Positions 30,009 through 37,837 of a stretch of 63,901 nucleotides of DNA are shown here, in pieces. The translations under genes and the position numbers were made by a program. Position 1 is the first letter of the stretch. Each line of letters opens with the position of its first letter. The notes beneath the pieces are model-generated. The model was not told the origin of the DNA. It did not search any database and worked only from the letters and a program-made list of their open reading frames with translations. Location: positions 1-63,901 of IMG/VR virus record IMGVR_UViG_3300036768_000681; one strand, written 5' to 3'. The DNA is from a virus (lineage: Duplodnaviria; Caudoviricetes).

Positions 30009-30496
30009 GATTAAAAGATTTTGTTTTTATCTTAATCATAGGTATTTTAGGGGGACTTCTGATTTATAAATTCTTGCAAAAGCCGAAACAGATTGAAAAA
30101 AAAGTTGAAGTTAAAACAATTAAAACGGATACACTTTATTTGCCAGTTATTAAACAAAGAATTATCGCTAAAGCGAAAATTGATACTATTCGAATTAGCG
30201 AAATACCACAATATGAAGACTATTTTACTGGCTTTGAAGATCAAGAAATTAAGCGTGCATCTGCTGATACAACTTATTCTGATAGTTCTTTGTCATTAAA
30301 AATTAAATACTACTACGAACCTGTAAATCTATTTGATATTAACTACCAATTGAAACAAAAAGAAATTGTTAAAGCAATTACAAAAGAACCGAGTTTATTC
30401 TTAGGTATAGGTGCGGGCGTAGGTTTTGATACCAAAGGTCGGATAAACCCAAATGTTTCAATAGGAGTTTATTATAAGATATTGACGATAAGATAA
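30005..30496 (+). CDS. Putative spanin
   Basis: N-terminal TM; C-terminal amphipathic beta-hairpin LGIGAGVGF...VSIGVYYKI. Confidence 0.5.
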   Translation: MRLKDFVFILIIGILGGLLIYKFLQKPKQIEKKVEVKTIKTDTLYLPVIKQRIIAKAKIDTIRISEIPQYEDYFTGFEDQEIKRASADTTYSDSSLSLKIKYYYEPVNLFDINYQLKQKEIVKAITKEPSLFLGIGAGVGFDTKGRINPNVSIGVYYKILTIR

Positions 30497-30545
30497 TGTC
30501 TCCTCTAATCTCCTTCCAGTCTCCTTCTTCTTGTCTCCGTTCTCC

Positions 30546-30575
30546 AGCCACTGCTAAGGGCAGTGGCTCTTTTTT
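30546..30575 (+). terminator. Intrinsic terminator of lysis operon
   Basis: AGCCACTGC-taagg-GCAGTGGCT-CTTTTTT. Confidence 0.8.
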
Positions 30576-30598
30576 ATTAATCAAAGATGGAGTAAAAA

Positions 30599-31582
30599 AT
30601 GAATATTCCAAAACAAGCGTCAAAATATCGTGATTTGATATTACGATATTACCGCAACTATCCGCATCTTTCGATGTCAAAACTTGCAGTAATGATAACA
30701 TCGGAGAATGATATTCCCATTCAGGCTGATGGTTTTAGAAAGGTTGTATCTTATGTTGTAAGGCAAGAAGTCGGCAAGCAAGCAAAAGAATTTGATTTTG
30801 ATTTTGAAGATAAAGAATTTGAATTTGATGAAATTCCGAGTAGTGCAATTAAACCTAATTTTTATGACTTGTCAGATAAATATCAAAGAATTTTAGTTAT
30901 TTCTGATATTCACATTAAATACCACGATAACGATGCTTTAAGAATTGCTTTGAAGTATGGCTATGACAATAAATGCGACACGATAATTCTAAATGGTGAT
31001 ATAATTGATTTTGCAGGAATTTCACGATTTGAAAAGTCTTTACTGGACAGGAACATTGCCTATGAGAGGAACCTTGTTATAATGTTTTTAACTAAACTTC
31101 GTGAAAAATTTCCAAAGCAAAAAATAATTTTCAAGGCTGGTAATCACGAATTAAGACTTAAGAAATTTATTGAAACTAATGCTGAACAATTGGAAGGAAT
31201 TCAAGAATTAGAAATTGAGAATTTCTTAAAGTTATATCAATTTAACATTGATTATGTTGATCCTTATTCGATTATTAAGGTTGGAAGTTTGAATATCATT
31301 CACGGACACGAAATACTTGGTAATGGAATTAATGTTGCGAGAATGCATTTATTAAGAGCTTTTGATAATGTTTTGTTCGGTCATTTCCACAGGACACAGG
31401 ATTATATCCAAAGGAATATCAAGAACAAAACCTTTGGTGGATGGTCTATAGGATGCCTTTGCGGGCTTTACCCTACTTTCTTTCCAGTCAATAACTGGAA
31501 TCACGGCTTTGCGTTTGTAATTAGAGAAGGAGACTTCTTTAAGGTTGAAAACAAAAAAATAATCAATGGGCAAGTATTATGA
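30599..31582 (+). CDS. Calcineurin-like metallophosphoesterase with N-terminal helical domain
   Basis: SDIH, GDIID, GNHE, HGHE, GHFH motifs. Confidence 0.85.
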   Translation: MNIPKQASKYRDLILRYYRNYPHLSMSKLAVMITSENDIPIQADGFRKVVSYVVRQEVGKQAKEFDFDFEDKEFEFDEIPSSAIKPNFYDLSDKYQRILVISDIHIKYHDNDALRIALKYGYDNKCDTIILNGDIIDFAGISRFEKSLLDRNIAYERNLVIMFLTKLREKFPKQKIIFKAGNHELRLKKFIETNAEQLEGIQELEIENFLKLYQFNIDYVDPYSIIKVGSLNIIHGHEILGNGINVARMHLLRAFDNVLFGHFHRTQDYIQRNIKNKTFGGWSIGCLCGLYPTFFPVNNWNHGFAFVIREGDFFKVENKKIINGQVL

Positions 31583-31878
31583 AAAAAGAAATTTCACAAG
31601 CTTTTAAGCAACTTGAAAGATATGGATTTATCGTTCGCAACTTGCAATTCTACAAAGCTTATGGTAAAGGAGCAGTTGACTTGCCTGACATTGTAATAAT
31701 CGGGAAGCGTTGTAAAGGTGATATTCATTTCGTTGAGATTAAAATTGGTAAAGACAAGCTTTCCAGAGGTCAGAAGATAATGAAAGAATATCTTGAAAAG
31801 ACAAGTAATTACTACATTGCTAATGAAAGTAATTACAATGATATTATAGAACAAATAATTAGATTTAATGGCTCTTAA
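31579..31878 (+). CDS. VRR-NUC-like PD-(D/E)xK nuclease
   Basis: PDIVII...FVEIK....LS.GQ. Confidence 0.7.
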   Translation: MKKEISQAFKQLERYGFIVRNLQFYKAYGKGAVDLPDIVIIGKRCKGDIHFVEIKIGKDKLSRGQKIMKEYLEKTSNYYIANESNYNDIIEQIIRFNGS

Positions 31879-32249
31879 CTAATTCCAAGCTCGGCAAAGA
31901 TTTTATTTGAGATTGTTTTACCCCATCGATTAAGCATTGCTTGTGCTTGGTCAACAACTTCATTCTCGAATTCCAGTCTCTTAAGCTCGGGAGTTATATT
32001 AAACTTATACTTTCGCAGGGCATTTTTAATTTCCTTACAAAGACTTTGATATTCACTCTGGAACTCTTTATAGGTTGGATATTTCTTTGCTTTGTTTTTA
32101 ATCTCAGCGGGGGTTATTTCTCGAAGGAAGTATCGATTATTAAAAATCTTTTCTTCAATGTCATTAAATTTATCTAAAATAGCATTATACTTTTTTCGCA
32201 ATTCTGAATAAGCTTTCATTTCTTGATAGAGGCTTTGACTGACTTGCAT
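31875..32249 (-). CDS. Hypothetical protein, distantly like family 3
   Basis: RBS present; helical pattern like 38431-39888. Confidence 0.6.
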   Translation of the reverse strand: MQVSQSLYQEMKAYSELRKKYNAILDKFNDIEEKIFNNRYFLREITPAEIKNKAKKYPTYKEFQSEYQSLCKEIKNALRKYKFNITPELKRLEFENEVVDQAQAMLNRWGKTISNKIFAELGIS

Positions 32250-32283
32250 AAAATTTCCTTTCTTTTGTTTGTTTTAAGGTTAA

Positions 32284-32808
32284 TTAAGAATAACTTTTAA
32301 AAAGTTTTTCCAAAAATTCAATCAAAAATTCTGTCGGTTCTATACGATATACTTTGCAAATCTCACTATATAAATCTTGATTAGGTATTGCAAACCGGTC
32401 AACCACAATATTACTACCAATCATTTGTATATTCTCCTCACCAAATATTACAGGTAGTGTAACCGTATCGTCTTCAATGCAAAAAGTATTAAAGCAAGTT
32501 TCAGTATTCAGTTCCTTTGGAAACTGATATATGTGATAACCAAGTTTACCTGTCTTTTCAATTACAAGGTCATATATTTTTTCAAAACTATTATGAATAT
32601 TTAAAGTATAATAAATTCCTTGTTCTTGATTATATGGTTCAGCGACTAATTTATTATTAATGACGCTGAACTTATATTCGAAACTTTTGATAACAAAAGG
32701 TTCTAAAGTGATTAAGTCACCCATAATAGAAACACAAAAACTTTTATATCCAACAAGCCATCCATAGTATTTTAACAATTTATTTTGATTTGAAAATGTT
32801 AAACACAT
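32284..32808 (-). CDS. Paralog family 1 hypothetical protein
   Basis: MCL, LVGYKSF, LGYHI, LPVIF.EENIQ, LY.EIC motifs. Confidence 0.7.
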   Translation of the reverse strand: MCLTFSNQNKLLKYYGWLVGYKSFCVSIMGDLITLEPFVIKSFEYKFSVINNKLVAEPYNQEQGIYYTLNIHNSFEKIYDLVIEKTGKLGYHIYQFPKELNTETCFNTFCIEDDTVTLPVIFGEENIQMIGSNIVVDRFAIPNQDLYSEICKVYRIEPTEFLIEFLEKLFKSYS

Positions 32809-32847
32809 AATAATGTCTCCTTCCTTTTGTTTGTTATTAATTATAAA

Positions 32848-32910
32848 CCCCGATGCTAATCACATCGGGGCAAAGGCTATTAGAACCTTCCACCTCCAAA
32901 ATGCTTTGGA
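32848..32910 (-). terminator. Triple hairpin ending in terminator-like stem downstream of the TROVE operon
   Basis: TCCAAA/TTTGGA, AAGGTT/AGCCTT and CCCCGATG/CATCGGGG followed by TTTA on the minus strand. Confidence 0.5.
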
Positions 32911-32930
32911 TTAATGCAAATATAAAAAAA

Positions 32931-32998
32931 CTGGGGAATATTTGAAAGAGTTTGGCTTTCGATTGCAGATCGAAGTAACTCTTTCATTCACCACCAGC
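32931..32998 (-). ncRNA. Y-RNA-like element 3 (short)
   Basis: GCUGGUGGUGA 5' end, bulged terminal helix, UGAAAGAGU/ACUCUUUCA stem, UUCGA/UCGAA hairpin, followed by U7. Confidence 0.75.
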
Positions 32999-33009
32999 TT
33001 AAAAATTTA

Positions 33010-33134
33010 TGGAGGAAAGTTAGGAAGGGAATTAAATGCTCTACCAATTGAGCTACAGAAGATTAACTTCTGGTGGGACTCGAACCCACAACCTTTCGCT
33101 TTGCAGGCGAAGTATCCCTTCCTATCACCATCCA
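33010..33134 (-). ncRNA. YrlA-like Y RNA with circularly permuted tRNA module
   Basis: Outer stem UAGGAAGGGA/UCCCUUCCUA; anticodon arm with GCA; T arm GUGGG-UUCGAGU-CCCAC; loop-closed acceptor stem; D arm GCUC-AAUUGGUA-GAGC; adjacent to TROVE gene. Confidence 0.85.
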
Positions 33135-33152
33135 CAAACTCAAAGAACAAAA

Positions 33153-34529
33153 TTAAATTTCAACACTATTTACAAAATCTATCAACTGATTTTCTTTCTC
33201 AATCCACTTCATAAAGTCAAAAATCTTTTCACTCCATCCAGCAATATGAAATGTGCGTGGATGGGAAATATCTTTTGTGCCATAACCTTCAATATCTATG
33301 CAGTAGACATAAACATCTGGATTTTTCTTCAAGTATTCAAGATAATATGGTTGAACTCCACCTCTCTCAATCCAGCTCTCCATATCTGACAAGATAATAA
33401 TTCTGTTGTATAATACTTTTGAATTAATTGCATAATCAAAGATAAGTGATGCCTGAGTGCCACCGCCTACTTCATTTTGTATTCTATTCGCAAGTGTCAA
33501 TACTGGTTCAATCCGTAAATATTTAAATTCCTTAATAACATCGCTATACAATATAACATCTGCATTATTACTTTTAATTAAAGCTCCTGCGAATATTGAT
33601 GCTATTTCAATTGGTTTACCCATCATTGAACCAGAAGTATCAATTGCTATTAAAGTCTTGCCTTCAAAATGAGGCACATTCTCAACGGCATAATCCAGAG
33701 CTTTCGCAATCGCTTCAAGCATATCTTGATTTCTAACTTCCTTATACGCCGTATAGAACCTAAAAGGAAGTTGCTTAGACTTTAACACTCGCTCTTTGTT
33801 TGCAATTATTTCACAAGCTTTTTTCTTTGTCTCTTCATCTGTTTGTTGGTCTATGTTGCGTAAATTCCTAAGTAAAGCCATATAACCTATTTTTTCTTCT
33901 AATACCAAATCCCTCCAAGCTTTTGCTTTATCTTCACCACTTGATAACCTTGCTTCCCAAGTCTCAGTATTTTTTAAATTTCCACTCATCAAATCACGCC
34001 AAACTTCCGCTTGCTCTTCATCTACAGGTTTAGGATGTGTTAAATTAAATAAATCAACAAGCTTGACTTTGTGATTTTCTAATCTATATTTTGCAAGTTG
34101 ATAAGCATCGAATTTTGTCAATGCTTCGGCAATTCCTTTTTTTACTTGAGCAGGCAAAGGTTTACCAAGATAAGCAACTATTTCAGTCAAATCGTCTGGT
34201 CTTTCTGCTATTCTAACAATTGCTTTGCTTACTAAACTATCACCCCTGTGATTTTTTGAAAGTTCTGAAATTAATAAATGAGTAATGCTTCTTAAATGAA
34301 ATTCTTTTCTTGCCAAAACAGCAAGTTTTGCAACAAATTCAGGTTTGACTTTTTTAATAAGTTCTTTAATTCTTTGTATTCTTTTATCGCCACTTTCATA
34401 GTATTTGTCTTCAAGGAAGGTTGTTAACACTGATACTATTAACTCCATTTCTGGAGAGTGTCGATAAGCTTTACCACCAGCTAAGTTAGTGGCGATTGTT
34501 GTTTCTTTTGTTTCATTAAATCGTGCCAT
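33153..34529 (-). CDS. TROVE-domain (Ro60/Rsr-family) RNA-binding protein with vWA domain
   Basis: TN.AGG.AY, YQLAKY, HPKP, TWE, GYMALLRNLRN, SKQLPFRF; MIDAS DTSGS...GGT...SD. Confidence 0.92.
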   Translation of the reverse strand: MARFNETKETTIATNLAGGKAYRHSPEMELIVSVLTTFLEDKYYESGDKRIQRIKELIKKVKPEFVAKLAVLARKEFHLRSITHLLISELSKNHRGDSLVSKAIVRIAERPDDLTEIVAYLGKPLPAQVKKGIAEALTKFDAYQLAKYRLENHKVKLVDLFNLTHPKPVDEEQAEVWRDLMSGNLKNTETWEARLSSGEDKAKAWRDLVLEEKIGYMALLRNLRNIDQQTDEETKKKACEIIANKERVLKSKQLPFRFYTAYKEVRNQDMLEAIAKALDYAVENVPHFEGKTLIAIDTSGSMMGKPIEIASIFAGALIKSNNADVILYSDVIKEFKYLRIEPVLTLANRIQNEVGGGTQASLIFDYAINSKVLYNRIIILSDMESWIERGGVQPYYLEYLKKNPDVYVYCIDIEGYGTKDISHPRTFHIAGWSEKIFDFMKWIEKENQLIDFVNSVEI

Positions 34530-34554
34530 TTCTTGTCTCCTTGTTTATTATTAA

Positions 34555-34620
34555 CTGGGGAAGTTTTGCAAGGAGAAAGGTTTCGCCCCAAGCGAAGTAT
34601 CTCCTTGCGTCACCACCAGC
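34555..34620 (-). ncRNA. Y-RNA-like element 1 (short)
   Basis: GCUGGUGGUGA 5' end, GCAAGGAGA/UCUCCUUGC stem, UUCG/CGAA hairpin, UUCCCCAG 3' end; lies between promoter and TROVE RBS. Confidence 0.75.
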
Positions 34621-34641
34621 AAAATTTCAATTACTGATGCA

Positions 34642-34719
34642 AATTTAGTAAAGCAATAACAACTTGTCAAGTTTTTGTTTGTAAGAAAATTCTTACACGC
34701 TTGTAGGATTTTACTTACA
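34642..34719 (-). promoter_or_regulatory. Promoter of TROVE/Y-RNA operon with tandem operators
   Basis: TTGACA(34670-34665)-N17-TAAATT; palindromes at 34680-34697 and 34702-34719. Confidence 0.75.
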
Positions 34720-34731
34720 AAGTCTAACATT

Positions 34732-34968
34732 CTAACCTTCAATTTTTACCTTATTCCTTAAATCTTTTAATCCTACTTCTGAATAATCGGTATTGGTCAA
34801 TCCATTAACTTTGTCGATATAATGTCTAATTTGATATTTCAAGTCAACTATTGTGTTATAATAAGTGTCATTTATGCTTTTTGTCTTCGAAGCAATTTCT
34901 AAAGCTTCGAGCAAACCATTTAATGCGTGGTAGGATATTTCAAGTTTTAACATCTCTAACCCTTTCAA
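34732..34968 (-). CDS. Hypothetical protein related to 13075-13509
   Basis: Shared DLKYQ motif. Confidence 0.55.
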   Translation of the reverse strand: MKGLEMLKLEISYHALNGLLEALEIASKTKSINDTYYNTIVDLKYQIRHYIDKVNGLTNTDYSEVGLKDLRNKVKIEG

Positions 34969-35519
34969 ATATCTTCAATTTCGATGTTATCAAGAATTTC
35001 AGAAACATTACTATTTGGCACTTGCTTAAATTCTTTACATATCTCTAAATAGAGTTTTGATGTAGGTAGCATAAACCTGTTAACCAATATTTCATAATCA
35101 GTAAAGCCGATTATATCTTCTTCTTTGAATAAAGCAGGCAGTAATATATAATTATAGTGAAAATAAGGAAAAGTCAAATAGAAATTAGAATAGCTATTTT
35201 CTCCTGTCTTTTTAAAAAAACCAAGATTATAACCATAAGAAACATTGTTTTTACTTTGAAGTTCGATTATTTCACTGTTTTCGTTATTTACTATCATAAT
35301 CTTTTTGCCAATCCGCTTATTTTTCAAAAAGTCAGTTGGGGCATTGTATAATTCTTCTTCGCCGTAAATATAGAATTTAATTCGGTATCGATGTTGTGGA
35401 TCATATAAATAAACTTTTTTATTAATTCTTTCATAAAATAAATGAATGATAGCAATGTAAAAAACATCGCCATCTATTGTTGTTTTAAAGATAAATTTTG
35501 TGTTGTCTGCTGTTTCCAT
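34965..35519 (-). CDS. Divergent paralog family 1 protein
   Basis: LPALFKEEDI...V.RF.LP...LYLEIC. Confidence 0.6.
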   Translation of the reverse strand: METADNTKFIFKTTIDGDVFYIAIIHLFYERINKKVYLYDPQHRYRIKFYIYGEEELYNAPTDFLKNKRIGKKIMIVNNENSEIIELQSKNNVSYGYNLGFFKKTGENSYSNFYLTFPYFHYNYILLPALFKEEDIIGFTDYEILVNRFMLPTSKLYLEICKEFKQVPNSNVSEILDNIEIEDI

Positions 35520-35536
35520 TTTAGTTCTCCTTCTTT

Positions 35537-35890
35537 TTATTTTTCCATTCCTTTTGAAAAAATTCTTTTTAATGTTTCGTATTCATTTAAGTAATAGTCT
35601 AAATTACGAAGTATATCACACCAATTGATTTGAATTAATTCTTCAACAACTTTCAAAGCCAATCCTTTGAATGGATAAGGCAAACTTTTTTCAACTCTGT
35701 CTAAAATCTCTAAGTTATAATTTAATCTCGAGTGAATTCTAATCACATAATTAAGAATTGATATCTGGATGCACCAGACTTTCTTTTGATACTCTTTCTT
35801 CACTTTATCAACATTCCAATTAATACTGGTAATACTAAAGTAAGTTTTAATGTAATTATCTTTATCGAATTTAATTATTTCGATTTTCAT
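35537..35890 (-). CDS. Hypothetical protein
   Basis: AGGAG RBS, in operon. Confidence 0.55.
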   Translation of the reverse strand: MKIEIIKFDKDNYIKTYFSITSINWNVDKVKKEYQKKVWCIQISILNYVIRIHSRLNYNLEILDRVEKSLPYPFKGLALKVVEELIQINWCDILRNLDYYLNEYETLKRIFSKGMEK

Positions 35891-35903
35891 CTCAGTTCTC
35901 CTT

Positions 35904-36185
35904 CTATTTTGTTAATTTTTTATAACATTCTGGGCAATAATAATAACCATTTTCATAAAAGAAAGTTTTTTGTCTACAAAATTCACAATAACCTGGCTTT
36001 TCGTCATTTATTAATTCAACCTCGTCATATTTGTCAAAATCATTATTCATAATAGAGCAACTTAATTTGAATTTGAAAAAGGCTCTGTCAAAACCATATT
36101 CATCGCATATTTTATCGATTAGATTATCAACTCTGTTTTTAATTTCATTCAAAAATTTCTGCTCTAATTTCCTTTCTTTGTTCAT
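35904..36185 (-). CDS. Zn-finger hypothetical protein
   Basis: CEFC...YCPEC. Confidence 0.55.
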   Translation of the reverse strand: MNKERKLEQKFLNEIKNRVDNLIDKICDEYGFDRAFFKFKLSCSIMNNDFDKYDEVELINDEKPGYCEFCRQKTFFYENGYYYCPECYKKLTK

Positions 36186-36616
36186 CTTGTTTTCCTTGCT
36201 ATATTTAATGCATCACGATTATATGAATAAATCATAGATGCATATTGCGGGTCTGGATGTTCGTTATAAACCCAGTCCCAGAATTCGCTCTTAATCCGTA
36301 TTTTTTCTTCATCTGTCATTCTGTCCCATCTTTTAACACCATATCTCGAGAGAGTGCTACTTATATATTTAAAACTTAACCCATATTTCTCTTTAATCTG
36401 CTCTCTATTAATTTTCTTCTTTTCATATAAACTAACAATTTTCAAAAGTGGTAGTAATGTATCTTTTTGTGCATCCCAAATCTCTAATCCTCTATCATAT
36501 AATTCTTTTGTGATTAAACGAGTGTCTAATCCAAGTTTTTTCGCAATATCTCTCCGTCTCATTTTGCGTTCTTTGTATTGCTTTATTAATGATTGTGGAA
36601 TTTCAATTATGTCCAT
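36182..36616 (-). CDS. Tandem-HTH-like protein, homologous to 8797-9243
   Basis: RRDIAKKLGL HTH; HPDP.Y motif. Confidence 0.6.
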   Translation of the reverse strand: MDIIEIPQSLIKQYKERKMRRRDIAKKLGLDTRLITKELYDRGLEIWDAQKDTLLPLLKIVSLYEKKKINREQIKEKYGLSFKYISSTLSRYGVKRWDRMTDEEKIRIKSEFWDWVYNEHPDPQYASMIYSYNRDALNIARKTR

Positions 36617-36995
36617 TGTTGCCTCCGAATTTTTGATAGATTTGTTTATAAACTGGATTTGATATTTTTTCTTTGAATTCGAATGGTGAATATCTTTTTA
36701 ACATCAAAAGGTCTTCATAAATAAAACATTCGTGAGTATATTTAGGGCAATACTTATTACATCTTTCACAAAATCTATACCTTCTTTCTCTAATTTCGAA
36801 GTATTTGCCTCGAATTTGTGCGATTGTAGGAAATTCATTTTGATTATCCAGAATGTATTCAATAGCTTCCTTGAAAACATCTGCTTGCAAGTTATTAAGT
36901 CGTTCGAAATAGATTTCCAGAATTCTTTCGTCTGTCGGTGCAAATCTTAAAGCATCAAGTTTGCTTATCAAAGAAAAGAAATATTCTCTTGTCAT
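36603..36995 (-). CDS. Putative helicase loader/inhibitor
   Basis: Follows initiator; MTRE.F...I..L...FPTIAQI pattern. Confidence 0.55.
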   Translation of the reverse strand: MTREYFFSLISKLDALRFAPTDERILEIYFERLNNLQADVFKEAIEYILDNQNEFPTIAQIRGKYFEIRERRYRFCERCNKYCPKYTHECFIYEDLLMLKRYSPFEFKEKISNPVYKQIYQKFGGNNGHN

Positions 36996-37837
36996 TTTAC
37001 AACTCCTTCAAGTTGTTTTTGTTGTTGTAGTTTAAGTAAGATTTTTTGAGTAGCTGTAAGTTTCTTTTCTTTTGATTGATTATTTGAAAATTGTTGCGAT
37101 GGGAATGGATTTTCTAAAACCGCTCGGATGTAGTCTACATAATTCTTAAACCTCAACACTGACTTTTGAAATGCTTGTTCAACCTTATCAACGCCGTGTT
37201 TTTTTGCAAGTCCTTCGAGTATAACAACTTCAAATGACCTAAGTTCACGCCCCCAGTAGTATCTTGCAAAGTCTTGAACTTTTTCAACCTCTGTGATAAT
37301 TGGTGGTGGATCTGCTTGTATTTCAACCTTAGGAGTTTTCAAAACTTCAGCTTTCGCTTCTTCTTTTTCTTTTTTAAAATCATTATATGTATTATTATAT
37401 ATTAATGAATGTGACGATTTGTCACTTTCGGCAGTTACTTCCTGTAAATTTGCCTTTTTGTCACTTCGATTTTCAAGCAAAAAATTTTTCCAGTCTTCAC
37501 GGATTTTATCAACCACTGGAATGTAATGATTTATAACAAGCCCCCGAAACCTTTTCCGTTCGATTAAAAGGTATCCTTTGTCTCGCAATTCATTACAAAT
37601 ACGCATAAGCTCTCTTTTACTAAGTCCAATCTCATCTTCCCATTCCTCATAAGTTTTCGCAACAAATCCTTTCTTTGACTTTCCAAACCAATAAAGGAGC
37701 TGTGACATAAACACGGCAATTTTTAAATCACCAAAGAATTTTATCATTTTCTGATTAACTGAAATTGAATAAGATTTGCCGTTTACAAGCTTGTCAATCT
37801 GATTAAGCTCACGATGGATGTTATTATTCGTCTGCAT
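36992..37837 (-). CDS. Replication initiator protein
   Basis: SQLLYW...KTYEEW..EIGLS wHTH, low-complexity linker, DnaD-like YI.AVL.N C-terminus; internal TTGTCACTT repeats. Confidence 0.7.
   Translation of the reverse strand: MQTNNNIHRELNQIDKLVNGKSYSISVNQKMIKFFGDLKIAVFMSQLLYWFGKSKKGFVAKTYEEWEDEIGLSKRELMRICNELRDKGYLLIERKRFRGLVINHYIPVVDKIREDWKNFLLENRSDKKANLQEVTAESDKSSHSLIYNNTYNDFKKEKEEAKAEVLKTPKVEIQADPPPIITEVEKVQDFARYYWGRELRSFEVVILEGLAKKHGVDKVEQAFQKSVLRFKNYVDYIRAVLENPFPSQQFSNNQSKEKKLTATQKILLKLQQQKQLEGVVK

Larger units (their letters stand above)
28892..30020 (+). repeat. Lysis segment, copy 2
   Basis: Near-identical to 1-1130. Confidence 0.95.

Noticed and set aside
30378-30701. Minus-strand 107-aa ORF and 34551-34742 ORF
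   Set aside because: They overlap real genes, a terminator, promoter or RNA elements, with no supporting RBS.
33036-33112. Canonical tRNA-Cys gene
   Set aside because: Arms are in permuted order, the acceptor stem is closed by a loop and has no CCA end, and the whole is embedded in a Y-like stem.
32942-33389. Plus-strand ORFs 32942-33214 and 33036-33389
   Set aside because: They are antisense to the Y-like RNAs and TROVE gene; LYQLSY...GGTRTHNL is the typical translation of an antisense tRNA.
32931-34620. CRISPR array or att-site duplication from the three related elements
   Set aside because: Copies vary with compensatory pairing, spacing is irregular and a gene lies between them, which fits structured RNAs.
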